64,000 nucleotides of DNA from NCBI GenBank assembly GCA_965214565.1, contig OZ243951.1, positions 2,579,166 to 2,643,165 of the forward strand. Reading direction: 5' to 3'. The stretch comes from Candidatus Aldehydirespiratoraceae bacterium (GTDB lineage Bacteria > Actinomycetota > Acidimicrobiia > Acidimicrobiales > Aldehydirespiratoraceae). Within the stretch, counting starts at the first letter, position 1; each line of letters starts with the position of its first letter. The position numbers and the translations under genes are program-made. This document shows positions 13,451-22,570 of the stretch, piece after piece. Below the pieces are notes generated by a model, which saw only the letters and a list, made by a program, of their open reading frames with translations, was not told the origin of the DNA and made no database searches.

Positions 13451-14349
13451 CCATTCCGCCACCGGCGGAGATTCGACGCATCGTCTACTTGGGCACGCCC
13501 GCCACCGCGGTGCCGCCCCTGCGCGCGCTGTGCCGCGTCGGCTACGAGATACCCCTGGTCGTCTCGCGCCCCGACACCCGAAGGGGACGTGGCGCATCCT
13601 TTGAACCGAGCCCGGTGAAAGCGGCGGCGCTCAATCTTGGTCTGGACGTCAGCGACGACATCGAGGACCTGTCAGAGGTCGGCGCCGACCTCGGCGTGGT
13701 GGTTGCGTACGGTGAGATCATCCCAGCAGCGCTCCTCGAAGAGTTGGCGATGCTCAACCTTCATTTCTCGTTGCTGCCGCGTTGGCGTGGAGCCGCACCG
13801 ATAGAGCGGGCGTTGCTTGCAGGCGACGAAGTCACGGGCGTGTCCTTGATGGCCCTTGAGGAGGGCCTCGACACCGGTGCCGTCTTTAAGGTGGCTGAGA
13901 CGCCGATCGACCCCGACGAGGATTGCAACACCCTGAGAGACCGGCTTGTAGACCTTGGAACCGAACTATTGATCGAGTCGCTTTCAGAGGGGCTCGGCCG
14001 GCCGCAGCCGCAGCTCGGCGATCCGCTCTACGCCGCAAAGATCTCCGCTGAGGACCGCCATATCGACTGGACCCGACCGGCCGTCGAGATCCACCGGCAG
14101 GTGCGTGTCGGTGGCGCTTGGACCAGCTTTCGTGACCAGCGTTTCAAGATCTGGCGTACCGCACCGGTAGATGCCCCGGTCACCGGCGTGCCAATCGACG
14201 CTCCAGCCGGATCGATCAGCGGGCAGTTCGTGGCAACGGGCGAGGGGCTGATCGAGTTGCTTGAAGTACAGGCCCAGGGTCGCACACGTCAAGTTGCATC
14301 CGCCTGGCGCAACGGAGCCAAGCTCACCCCCGAAGACCGGTTCGTCTGA
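13447..14349 (+). CDS. fmt: methionyl-tRNA formyltransferase
   Basis: The start overlaps def (GTGA). Contains the NLHFSLLPRWRGAAPI motif. Confidence 0.9.
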   Translation: MTIPPPAEIRRIVYLGTPATAVPPLRALCRVGYEIPLVVSRPDTRRGRGASFEPSPVKAAALNLGLDVSDDIEDLSEVGADLGVVVAYGEIIPAALLEELAMLNLHFSLLPRWRGAAPIERALLAGDEVTGVSLMALEEGLDTGAVFKVAETPIDPDEDCNTLRDRLVDLGTELLIESLSEGLGRPQPQLGDPLYAAKISAEDRHIDWTRPAVEIHRQVRVGGAWTSFRDQRFKIWRTAPVDAPVTGVPIDAPAGSISGQFVATGEGLIELLEVQAQGRTRQVASAWRNGAKLTPEDRFV

Positions 14350-14354
14350 GGCAC

Positions 14355-15512
14355 ATGACCGACTCTTTGCGATCCGCTGGGCCTCTGGTGTCCGCAGACG
14401 CCCGCCGGATCGCGATCGAAGTGGTGGTTCGCATCGAGTCGGAAGGCGCCTACGCCAACGTTCTGCTGCCGAGAATGCTGGCTAAGACAGAACTTGAAAC
14501 TCGCGACAGGGGATTGGTGACCGAGTTGGTCTACGGGTCCACTCGACGCAAGCGGGCTCTTGACCATGTCGTGGACCGCTTCCTCATGTCCGATCCACCT
14601 CCGATTGCGCGCGCCGCCCTCCGCGTCGGCGCACATCAGCTCATTGAGATGGGCACACCACCGCACGCCGCGGTGTCGACGACGGTACAGGCGACCCCGA
14701 AGAGGTTCCGCGGGCTCGTCAACGCCGTTCTGCGAAAGGTCGCGACCGCGGCTTCGGCTGGTATCGAATATCCGAGCCGGGCAGTCGCGTTGAGCTATCC
14801 GGACTGGATCGTGCGTCGCCTGATCGAGGAACTGGGTGAACAGCGAGCCCTGGATGCCCTGAGCGCGATGAACCTCCCGGCTCGTAGCCATCGTCGCGAG
14901 GACGGCTACATCCAGGACCAGAGTTCGCAGCAGGTCGCCGCCCTCGTTCCGGCGGCGCGCGGTGACCTGGTGCTGGACCTCTGCGCCGCCCCGGGCGGAA
15001 AGTCAACAGAGATTGCTGGCCGGGGAGCGTCGGTGGTCGCGGTGGATCTGCACCCCGGCCGCGCCGGCCTGATAGCAGGCAACGTCCACCGTCTGGGGTA
15101 CCGCGGTCAGCTTGAGGACAATGGTGTGGCGGTCGTTGTAGCTGACGGCACTGCACCGCCGTTTCCGCCCGGCACGTTTGACGCTGTGCTGGTCGACGCG
15201 CCGTGTTCGGGTCTGGGCGCGCTGCGTCGTCGCCCGGACGCCCGTTGGCGGATCAAACCCACCGATATCGGCGTCCTGGCAGCTCTGCAGCAAAGGCTGT
15301 TGGAGAGCGCTGCGCCGCTGGTGGCACCGGGAGGAACGCTAGTCTACAGCGTCTGCACACTCAGTTTCGCAGAGACCAACGAGGTTGTCACCGCGACCGG
15401 CGCAGAGCTTGCTGCGCTCAGTTTCACCGAGCAGTCAAGCAGTCTGCTGGTGCCCACCGTCGACCGGGACGGCATGTTCTGGTCAGTCTGGAGCCGCGCG
15501 GGAGGCCACTAG
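14355..15512 (+). CDS. rsmB: 16S rRNA (cytosine-C5) methyltransferase, RsmB/Sun-like
   Basis: NusB-like N-terminus plus DLCAAPGGKS and DAPCSGLG motifs. Conserved def-fmt-rsmB order. Confidence 0.8.
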   Translation: MTDSLRSAGPLVSADARRIAIEVVVRIESEGAYANVLLPRMLAKTELETRDRGLVTELVYGSTRRKRALDHVVDRFLMSDPPPIARAALRVGAHQLIEMGTPPHAAVSTTVQATPKRFRGLVNAVLRKVATAASAGIEYPSRAVALSYPDWIVRRLIEELGEQRALDALSAMNLPARSHRREDGYIQDQSSQQVAALVPAARGDLVLDLCAAPGGKSTEIAGRGASVVAVDLHPGRAGLIAGNVHRLGYRGQLEDNGVAVVVADGTAPPFPPGTFDAVLVDAPCSGLGALRRRPDARWRIKPTDIGVLAALQQRLLESAAPLVAPGGTLVYSVCTLSFAETNEVVTATGAELAALSFTEQSSSLLVPTVDRDGMFWSVWSRAGGH

Positions 15513-15735
15513 CCCTGGTCGCGATGGTCACAACCTGTCACGCACGCGGGCGCAGCCGATGGTTTGCGGGCCACGTCGAGACAGTGGTGAGCCGGGACAT
15601 CGCCGAACTCGGCGACATCCGGCGTGCCGCCATATTGCCGCAGATGCTGCGACTCGCTTCGCCCCGTCCTGAGCGTCCCCCGCCTGAGCGCGGAAGCGAA
15701 GGGTCGACGGTATATCCGCGCCTTACCACTCGTGG

Positions 15736-16320
15736 GTGTTGCGCGTATATCGTCGAGGCATGGCCCACGACCACGGCGACGATTCCCCCCACGAGTACAG
15801 CAATGGCCACGATTTGCCGCATGGGGACGACACGGTTGAGGCGCCTCTTTTGGCGAAAGTTCTGACGGTCTCAGACGGTGTGGTGCACGGCACCCGCGAG
15901 GACCGCTCTGGAGAGGCTCTGCAGACTCGCCTTACCGCAGCGGGCTGGACCGTCGAGCAACGGACGGTGACCTCCGACGGTGAACGCCCCGTTGCCGAGA
16001 CCCTGACACGTCTGGCGCAGGACTTCCACGGCCTGATCGTCACCACGGGCGGCACAGGGTTCGGCCCCCGCGACCAGACCCCCGAAGGCACCCGGGCAGT
16101 GATCGACCGCGAGGCCCCGGGGTTGGCGGAGGTCATGCGACTGGTGAACCCACTCGGACGGTTGAGCCGTGGAGTGGCCGGAACCCTCGGCACCGCCCTG
16201 ATCCTCAACACTCCGGGATCATCGAAGGGATGCATTGAGACTCTAGAAGCGGTACTTGACGTGCTCCCCCACGCGGTCCGGCTGCTGGTCGACAACGCCG
16301 ATCCCCACCCTCACAGCTAG
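15736..16320 (+). CDS. MogA/MoaB family molybdenum cofactor biosynthesis protein
   Basis: Contains VLTVSDG, TTGGTGFGPRD and PGSSKG motifs. N-terminus is His/Asp-rich. The start is uncertain (TTG 15736 or ATG 15760). Confidence 0.8.
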   Translation: MLRVYRRGMAHDHGDDSPHEYSNGHDLPHGDDTVEAPLLAKVLTVSDGVVHGTREDRSGEALQTRLTAAGWTVEQRTVTSDGERPVAETLTRLAQDFHGLIVTTGGTGFGPRDQTPEGTRAVIDREAPGLAEVMRLVNPLGRLSRGVAGTLGTALILNTPGSSKGCIETLEAVLDVLPHAVRLLVDNADPHPHS

Positions 16321-16325
16321 CGGGG

Positions 16326-17345
16326 TTGTGTGTGAACCTCGACGAGCACTACATGGGGCTCGCGATCGAAGCGGCTCGACAGGCTCGGCATCGAAGCTCC
16401 CCGAACCCGTGGGTCGGGGCGGTGCTGCTCCAGACCGACGGTACGGTCGTATCGGGTGCGACGAAGCCGCCCGGAGGAGCCCACGCCGAGGTTGTGGCCC
16501 TCACCGAAGCGTCGCAGACACGGGGCGCGACCCTCTACAGCACGCTTGAACCCTGCAACCACAGTGGCCGAACCGGTCCCTGTACGGAGGCATTGATCGA
16601 AGCGGGGGTCACCCGGGTCGTCGGGGCGATCGAAGATCCGGACCTGTTGGTCGCAGGCCGCGGCTTCGAGCGCCTCCGTCAGGCTGGCATCGAAGTCACC
16701 GTCGGTGTGCGCGCCGCGGAGGTCAATGCACAGCTGCGGCCGTACCTGCACCATCGTCGAACCAACCGGCCGTGGGTGGTGCTGAAACTGGCGGTAACCC
16801 TCGACGGCCGCACAGCCGCGCCCGACTCAACGTCTAAGTGGATCACCGGAAGGGCCGCACGGACCGATGTTCACCACCTGAGAGCAGTCTCTGACGCCAT
16901 TGTGGTGGGTGCGGGTACTGTCTGCAGCGACGATCCGTCGTTGAGGGTGCGCCACTGGCCCGGAGACGACCGAACCGTTGACCCCCGAGAGGTTGTGAGC
17001 CCTAGCCGGGTGGTTCTCGGTGCGGTCCCGGCCGACGCCAAGATCCACCCCTGTCTCGAATGGGACGGAGGACTCGAGGAACTGCTGTTGCACCTAGGTG
17101 GCGTCGGAGTGGTGCAGTTGATGGTGGAGGGCGGCCCGACTGTGGCGCACTCCTTCCACAGCGCAGGTTTGGTCGACCAATACGTCGTCTACCTAGCGGC
17201 GGCGGTCATGGGCGGCGACGACGGAGCCCCGCTTCTGCGCGGGCCCGGTGCCACGACCATCGACGAGGTCTGGCGCGGCAGGATTGAAGAAGTTCGGAAA
17301 CTGGAAGACGACCTGAGGATCGATGTCGTGAAAAACCCCTCCTAG
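16326..17345 (+). CDS. ribD: bifunctional riboflavin biosynthesis deaminase/reductase
   Basis: CMP/dCMP deaminase zinc motif (HAEV...PCNHSGRTGPC) followed by a RibD C-terminal reductase domain. Confidence 0.9.
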   Translation: MCVNLDEHYMGLAIEAARQARHRSSPNPWVGAVLLQTDGTVVSGATKPPGGAHAEVVALTEASQTRGATLYSTLEPCNHSGRTGPCTEALIEAGVTRVVGAIEDPDLLVAGRGFERLRQAGIEVTVGVRAAEVNAQLRPYLHHRRTNRPWVVLKLAVTLDGRTAAPDSTSKWITGRAARTDVHHLRAVSDAIVVGAGTVCSDDPSLRVRHWPGDDRTVDPREVVSPSRVVLGAVPADAKIHPCLEWDGGLEELLLHLGGVGVVQLMVEGGPTVAHSFHSAGLVDQYVVYLAAAVMGGDDGAPLLRGPGATTIDEVWRGRIEEVRKLEDDLRIDVVKNPS

Positions 17346-17371
17346 TTGCACAGCGCGGCGCTACCCTCGGC

Positions 17372-18250
17372 GTGGTGTTGAAACTGGTCATCCCCAAAGG
17401 GTCGCTCGAGAAAGCGACGTTGGAACTCTTCGAAGCGGCTGATCTGACTGTCGAGCGCGCTTCGTCTGTCGCCTACAAGGGGTCGATTGCTGATCCTCGT
17501 ATCGATTCGGTTCGTATTCTGCGTCCCCAGGAGATTCCGGGATATGTCGCGGACGGACTGTTCGATCTTGGGATTACCGGTCGAGACTGGATCGAGGAGA
17601 CCAACAGCGACGTCGAGAGCCTTGGAGAACTCAAGTATTCCAAGGCGACTTCGCGTCCGATTCAGATTGTGCTGGCAGTTCCCCAGGGGTCGCCCTGGGA
17701 GTCAGTCACGGATCTTCCTGACGGCGTCAGAGTCTCCACAGAGTATCCCGAGATCACCCGGCGGTTCTTTGAAGAGGCCGGGATCGATGCCGACATCCGT
17801 CTCAGCTACGGAGCGACTGAGGCGAAGGTCCCCGACATCGTCGACCTGGTCGTCGACATCACAGAGACGGGACGGGCGTTGCGCGCCGCGGGCCTGCGAA
17901 TTATCGAAACGCTTTGCACCTCCTACACCGAACTGATCGCCAACCCCGCATCGTTCGCCGACCCGGCCAAGGCGCACGCAATGCGTCAGGTCAACACGCT
18001 GCTGCAGGGTGTGCTCGAGGCGCGGGGCAAGGTGCTGGTCAAGATGAACGTGCCGGCAGAGCGCCTTGATGAAGTGATTGAGCTGCTTCCCTCCATGAAG
18101 TCCCCCACGGTCAACGAGCTCTTTCGAGGCGCGGGATATGCGGTTGAGACCGTTGTGGCCAAGTCTGAGATCAACATCTTGATCCCGGCACTGCGTGATC
18201 ATGGGGCGAGCGACATCGTCGAGCTGCCGATCGCCAAGATCGTTGCCTGA
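17372..18250 (+). CDS. hisG: ATP phosphoribosyltransferase (long form)
   Basis: 292 aa. Starts LKLVIPKGSLE. Contains a DLVVDITETGRAL region and a C-terminal regulatory domain. Confidence 0.9.
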   Translation: MVLKLVIPKGSLEKATLELFEAADLTVERASSVAYKGSIADPRIDSVRILRPQEIPGYVADGLFDLGITGRDWIEETNSDVESLGELKYSKATSRPIQIVLAVPQGSPWESVTDLPDGVRVSTEYPEITRRFFEEAGIDADIRLSYGATEAKVPDIVDLVVDITETGRALRAAGLRIIETLCTSYTELIANPASFADPAKAHAMRQVNTLLQGVLEARGKVLVKMNVPAERLDEVIELLPSMKSPTVNELFRGAGYAVETVVAKSEINILIPALRDHGASDIVELPIAKIVA

Positions 18251-18264
18251 ACCCCGGACGATTC

Positions 18265-18729
18265 TCAGTCGGAACCGGCCCCAGCCCGGCCCTTGATCTG
18301 CACGAACGCCATGCGGACCTGGTCGAGAGCATGGGACACTGCTGCTTCGTCGTCGCCGAGCCGCCCCGACAGACCGTCGACGAGGGCGCTCAAAGCGTCG
18401 ATGGCCACTGTCGCCTCAGCAAAGTTGGGGTTCTGCGCTGAGAGATGGAGCGCCGCCAGCTCGTACAGACCCATGGCGTGGTTTGCGACGATTGTGGCGG
18501 CGGGAGTGTTGATAAGCCGTTCGCGGGCCTCGGCCATCTCCTTGACCATCTCCTCGGCTGTCGCCCGCTCGGTGGGACTCAGATCGTCGAGGCTCATTCC
18601 CTCCGGTAGGGCGGCTGCTATCTCGTCATCGAGGCTCTTGTCTGGTGTCGGCACAGCACCGTCAGCGGGATCGGATGGTGTCGGGCGATCTACGGGGTGT
18701 TCCCCGCCGGGTGTCCACAAAGAACTCAT
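18265..18729 (-). CDS. DUF1844-like conserved hypothetical protein
   Basis: 154 aa. The core TIVANHAMGLYELAALHL...AIDALSALVDGL resembles the DUF1844 family. Assigned from memory of the family pattern. Confidence 0.6.
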   Translation of the reverse strand: MSSLWTPGGEHPVDRPTPSDPADGAVPTPDKSLDDEIAAALPEGMSLDDLSPTERATAEEMVKEMAEARERLINTPAATIVANHAMGLYELAALHLSAQNPNFAEATVAIDALSALVDGLSGRLGDDEAAVSHALDQVRMAFVQIKGRAGAGSD

Positions 18730-18938
18730 GCTGATACGCTATCGCTGACAATTCCAACACCGAAGTGGGGGAATCCCGAAGGGAGCCTCCCCACCTGGCC
18801 ACAGATCGTCGGTTTCGGCGGTCACCGTGCGTCCAGGTCGACGAATCGGCAACGCTCCGAGTGGGTGTGATCGTGGATGTCGACATTCCGGTATCCACTA
18901 CACGACGGAGGTTTCGTGCTCACGAGGAGTCCAGGGCG

Positions 18939-19553
18939 ATAGCACCGCCAAACAACGAGCCAAGGATCAACGAACGGATCCGAGCCAGAGAAGTCCGACT
19001 TGTCGGGCAGGACGGCGAGCAGATTGGCATAACATCACTATCCGAAGCGCGCAACATCGCTCAAGCCGCAGATCTCGACTTAGTCGAGGTGGCGGAGCAG
19101 GCCAACCCCCCGGTCTGCCGGATCATGGATTACGGCAAATGGCGATACGAAGCCGACCAGCGGGCCAAAGAATCCAAGAAGAAGTCTTCCAACCTAACGG
19201 TCAAGGAGATGAAGTACCGACCCAAGATCGGGCCCGGCGACTTCGACACCAAGACCCGCAAGGTGGCCGAGTTCCTCGGCGGAGGGCATAAGGTCAAGGT
19301 CACGATCATGTTCCGAGGTCGAGAGATGCAGCATCCCGAACTGGGTCGCCAGATTCTTGATCGGGTGTCCGACGCTGTGGCCCATGTCGGCAAGGTTGAG
19401 TTCCATCCTCGCCAGGACGGCCGCAACATGGTGATGGTGTTGGCCCCCGACAAACGGGCCCAAGCTCGTCATGAGAAACAGAAACGCAGAGAGGTGGAGG
19501 ACTCGGCCGCAGTGACCGAGCCGGATACCGCACAGCAAACACCAACCGAGTGA
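18939..19553 (+). CDS. infC: translation initiation factor IF-3 (start codon uncertain, possibly non-canonical ATA at 18939)
   Basis: Conserved IF-3 sequence begins at INERIRAREVRLVGQDGEQ. The nearest canonical start (ATG 18765) would add about 60 non-conserved residues. GAGGAG lies 9 nt upstream of ATA 18939. Confidence 0.85.
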   Translation: MAPPNNEPRINERIRAREVRLVGQDGEQIGITSLSEARNIAQAADLDLVEVAEQANPPVCRIMDYGKWRYEADQRAKESKKKSSNLTVKEMKYRPKIGPGDFDTKTRKVAEFLGGGHKVKVTIMFRGREMQHPELGRQILDRVSDAVAHVGKVEFHPRQDGRNMVMVLAPDKRAQARHEKQKRREVEDSAAVTEPDTAQQTPTE

Positions 19554-19625
19554 TCTGTCGGCGGCAGCACCGCCGGGGATCGTCCAAATCCATAGAACCG
19601 AGAATCACAGAGAACCGAGTATCAA

Positions 19626-19817
19626 ATGCCCAAGATGAAGACGCACAAGGGTGCACAGGCCCGCTTCAAGCGCACCGGCTCAGGCAAGCTGAAGCGTCGC
19701 AGCCAGAACAAGAACCACATCCTCGAGAAGAAGTCCCCGAAGCGCAAACGCCAGCTTCGCAGGCCGGCTTCGGTGTCTCCAGCTGACGAGCCGCGCATCC
19801 GCGACCTCGGCATCTGA
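19626..19817 (+). CDS. rpmI: 50S ribosomal protein L35
   Basis: Starts [21 protein letters not shown]. Conserved infC-rpmI-rplT order. Confidence 0.95.
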   Translation: MPKMKTHKGAQARFKRTGSGKLKRRSQNKNHILEKKSPKRKRQLRRPASVSPADEPRIRDLGI

Positions 19818-19891
19818 AGCGCGACCACTGAAGCCGCGTCCACCGGGCCGCATCCAACGAATCCGCCTAGAACAGGGAAAGGGAGCACACA

Positions 19892-20254
19892 ATGGCAAGA
19901 GCTAAACGCGCCGTACATTCCAAGAAACACCGCCGGGTCGTCCTTGAACGGGCAAAAGGCCATTACGGCAACCGTTCGCGCAGTTTCAAGTCAGCGAACG
20001 AGTCGGTCATGCACGCGGGCAACTACGCGTTTCGTGACCGCCGTGCTCGCAAGGGCCAGTTCCGCAAGCTGTGGATTCAGCGAATCAACGCGGCCTGCCG
20101 TGAGAACGGCACCTCCTACAGCCGCTTCATCGCAGGTCTGAAGGCCGCGGAGATAGAGGTTGACCGCAAAATGCTGTCAGAGACCGCGATCCACGATCCC
20201 GCCACGTTCACGGTGCTCGTCGAGACGGCCAATGGAGCGCTGGCCGACGCCTGA
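19892..20254 (+). CDS. rplT: 50S ribosomal protein L20
   Basis: Starts MARAKRAVHSKKHRR and contains WIQRINAA. Confidence 0.95.
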   Translation: MARAKRAVHSKKHRRVVLERAKGHYGNRSRSFKSANESVMHAGNYAFRDRRARKGQFRKLWIQRINAACRENGTSYSRFIAGLKAAEIEVDRKMLSETAIHDPATFTVLVETANGALADA

Positions 20255-20295
20255 GCGCGGTTCGGATCAGACAAGCGAGCGACACCCCGCTCAGA

Positions 20296-21099
20296 ATGGA
20301 CCGAGACCCCGTCAAGGGTCCGAACAATCGCCGAGTCGTGGAACTGCGGCGTCTCATCGACCGGCCGGGCGCCAACCCCGCCGAGACTGTGCTTGAAGGG
20401 GAGCGGACAATAGGAGAGGCGCTCGACGCTGGAATACGCCTGACCACGGTCGTGGTCCCGGAACGCGGGATCGAAGGCTTCGACAGATCTTCGTTGCGTC
20501 CGCGCCTCGACGACTCCGTTGAGGTTCTGGTGGTTCGGGACAAGGCTTTCGAGCGGTTGGCTCCGTCGGTGACGCCTCAGCCGATGTTGGCGGTGATCGA
20601 ACGCCCGGTAGCTCGGATCCCGCCCGACTTCGGCGTCGACGACTTCGCACTGGTGCTCGTCGGAGTTGCTGACCCGGGCAATGTCGGCACGCTCATCAGG
20701 GTCGCCGACGCGACAGGCGCGGTTTGCGTGGTGGAGGTCGGCGGCGCGGACCCGTGGCGCCCTAAGGCTGTTCGTGCCTCGGCAGGTTCGGTGCTGCGAG
20801 TCCCTGTGGTGAGCGGATACGACGTGCATGAGACGTTGCGTCGGCTCCGTGGCGCTGGGGCCAAGATCGTCGCTACCGACGTGCGTGAGGGACTGCGCCA
20901 CGACAGCGGCGTGCTCAAAGGGCCGTTGGCGATAGTGCTCGGCTCGGAGTCCGGCGGCCTAGACCGTTCCATCGATCCGCTGGTCGATGTGCAGGTTCGC
21001 ATAGACATGCCCGGCAACGCTGAATCACTCAACGTGGCGATGGCGGGCACGTTGCTGGCCTTCGAGGCCAGCAAGAATCAGCAAGTTCGTGAGCAGTAG
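20296..21099 (+). CDS. TrmH family RNA methyltransferase (group 3)
   Basis: Contains GVADPGNVGTLIRVADA, VLGSESGGL and GNAESLNVAMAGTLLAFE motifs. Confidence 0.75.
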   Translation: MDRDPVKGPNNRRVVELRRLIDRPGANPAETVLEGERTIGEALDAGIRLTTVVVPERGIEGFDRSSLRPRLDDSVEVLVVRDKAFERLAPSVTPQPMLAVIERPVARIPPDFGVDDFALVLVGVADPGNVGTLIRVADATGAVCVVEVGGADPWRPKAVRASAGSVLRVPVVSGYDVHETLRRLRGAGAKIVATDVREGLRHDSGVLKGPLAIVLGSESGGLDRSIDPLVDVQVRIDMPGNAESLNVAMAGTLLAFEASKNQQVREQ

Positions 21100-21171
21100 G
21101 CAGCTCTCTTGGCGAAGAGACGTCGCTCTCTGCTCCTGTTCGTTTCGCGCGCTGGACCGCTGGGGCAGGGG

Positions 21172-21453
21172 CTACGAAGCCAGCAGGTCGGCGTCTTCGG
21201 GATGATCGCGGATGTAGGCAGCGGCGAATCCGCACAGGGGCAGGATTGTCCTGTTGTTGGCCCGCAGGTCGTCGAGCATGCCCCGCATCAGTTCGTCGGC
21301 CATCCCCCGGCCCCGCATCGACGGGTCCGTCTCCACATGGGGCACCACCAACGTTTTGCCGTCGATCCGGTAGTCGGCGATCGACACGATGCGGTCGTCG
21401 ACCACCAGTTCATAGCGTTGACGTATCGGATTGTCTCGAACTTCGAAGGTCAC
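21172..21453 (-). CDS. small GNAT-fold N-acetyltransferase (YjdJ-like)
   Basis: Contains RYELVVDDRIV...RGRGMADELMR...ILPLCGF. A GTG at 21453 avoids overlap with pheS. The longer track ORF (to 21597) overlaps pheS. Confidence 0.65.
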   Translation of the reverse strand: MTFEVRDNPIRQRYELVVDDRIVSIADYRIDGKTLVVPHVETDPSMRGRGMADELMRGMLDDLRANNRTILPLCGFAAAYIRDHPEDADLLAS

Positions 21454-21513
21454 GCAACGAAGTCTCCCAGATAATGGGAGCCAACGCGTCAACCCACCTC
21501 GTAACCTGTTCGG

Positions 21514-22515
21514 TTGATGATTGAGACGCTCCGCCAGACCGCCGCTGAGGCGCGGGCCCGACTGGCCGAAGTCGCCGACCTTAATGCGCTGGTGCAACTC
21601 GACGTCGAGTTCCTAGGCAAGAAGTCCGCGCTGACCCTCGCCAAACGGCAGCTCGGGTCGCTCGCTCCCGAACAGCGCAGAGCCACCGGCCAGGCGCTGA
21701 ACGAGATCCGCGCGGCGATCGAGGGTGCGGTCGGTGCTGCCCGGGAACGCCTGGAGCGGGCCGCGCTGAACGAGCAGCTCGAGGCTGAGAGGCTTGATCT
21801 CACCGAATTCCGCCGAACCGCACGACGCGGTTCGCTCCACCTCGTCACCCAGGCCCGCGACCGGCTCGAAGACGTCTTCGTCGGGATGGGATTCACAGTC
21901 GCCGAGGGCCCCGAAGTTGAATCTGCCTGGTACAACTTCGAGGCGCTCAACATTCCTGAGTGGCATCCGGCCCGCGGCAGTTTCGACACGATCTTCGTGA
22001 ACCTGGGAGAGCCTGAGGAGGTGATGCTCCGTTCGCATACCTCCCCGGTCCAGATCCGCACGATGGAGAATCAGAAGCCGCCCATCTACATTGTCGCACC
22101 GGGCAGGACGTTTCGGACCGACACTGCCGATGCGACCCACCTTCCGGCCTTCAACCAGATTGAGGGCCTGGTGGTAGACCGGGGGATCACCATGGGCGAT
22201 CTGGCGGGGACGATCGACGAGTTCGTGCACGCCTTCTTCGGTGGCGGCGTCAAGAGCCGACTGCGCCCCTCGTACTTCCCGTTCACCGAGCCGAGCGCAG
22301 AGTTCGACATCTCCCGCGCCGACGGAACATGGCTGGAATTGGGCGGGTGCGGCATGGTGCATCCCAACGTTCTGCGCAACTGCGGAATCGACCCCGAAGA
22401 ATGGCAGGGGTTCGCGTTCGGTTTCGGCATCGACCGCCTGGCAGTGATGCGCCACGAACTCGACGACATCCGTGAACTTGTAAACAACGACGTGCGGTTC
22501 TTGAGGCAGTTCTGA
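21514..22515 (+). CDS. pheS: phenylalanine-tRNA ligase alpha subunit
   Basis: 333 aa. Contains class II aaRS motifs (FRTDT.DATH, GCGMVHPNV). Confidence 0.95.
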   Translation: MMIETLRQTAAEARARLAEVADLNALVQLDVEFLGKKSALTLAKRQLGSLAPEQRRATGQALNEIRAAIEGAVGAARERLERAALNEQLEAERLDLTEFRRTARRGSLHLVTQARDRLEDVFVGMGFTVAEGPEVESAWYNFEALNIPEWHPARGSFDTIFVNLGEPEEVMLRSHTSPVQIRTMENQKPPIYIVAPGRTFRTDTADATHLPAFNQIEGLVVDRGITMGDLAGTIDEFVHAFFGGGVKSRLRPSYFPFTEPSAEFDISRADGTWLELGGCGMVHPNVLRNCGIDPEEWQGFAFGFGIDRLAVMRHELDDIRELVNNDVRFLRQF

Positions 22516-22570
22516 TGAAGGTGACCCAATGAAGGTGATCCTATGAAAGTGACCCTATGAAAGTGACGTT
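22515..22570 (+). repeat. 14-nt tandem repeat x4 duplicating the pheT initiation region (ATGAARGTGAYNNN)
   Basis: Copies start at 22515, 22529, 22543 and 22557. Each carries an ATG. Copies 1-3 form 5-codon mini-ORFs that end in a TGA overlapping the next ATG. Confidence 0.9.

Noticed and set aside
15513-15735. Moco riboswitch upstream of the MogA/MoaB gene.
   Set aside because: This is a 220-nt gap with a local hairpin (TCGCCGAACTCGGCGA). I could not find the conserved Moco-motif core sequences. It needs an Infernal scan and is not reportable from inspection.
15203-15865. 220-aa plus-strand ORF bridging rsmB and the MogA-like gene.
   Set aside because: It is out of frame with both well-supported neighbours and overlaps them. 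Its composition is Arg/Ala/Gly-rich and low in complexity.
16320-16326. FMN (RFN) riboswitch upstream of ribD.
   Set aside because: Only about 5 nt separate ribD from the upstream gene, which leaves no room for a leader.
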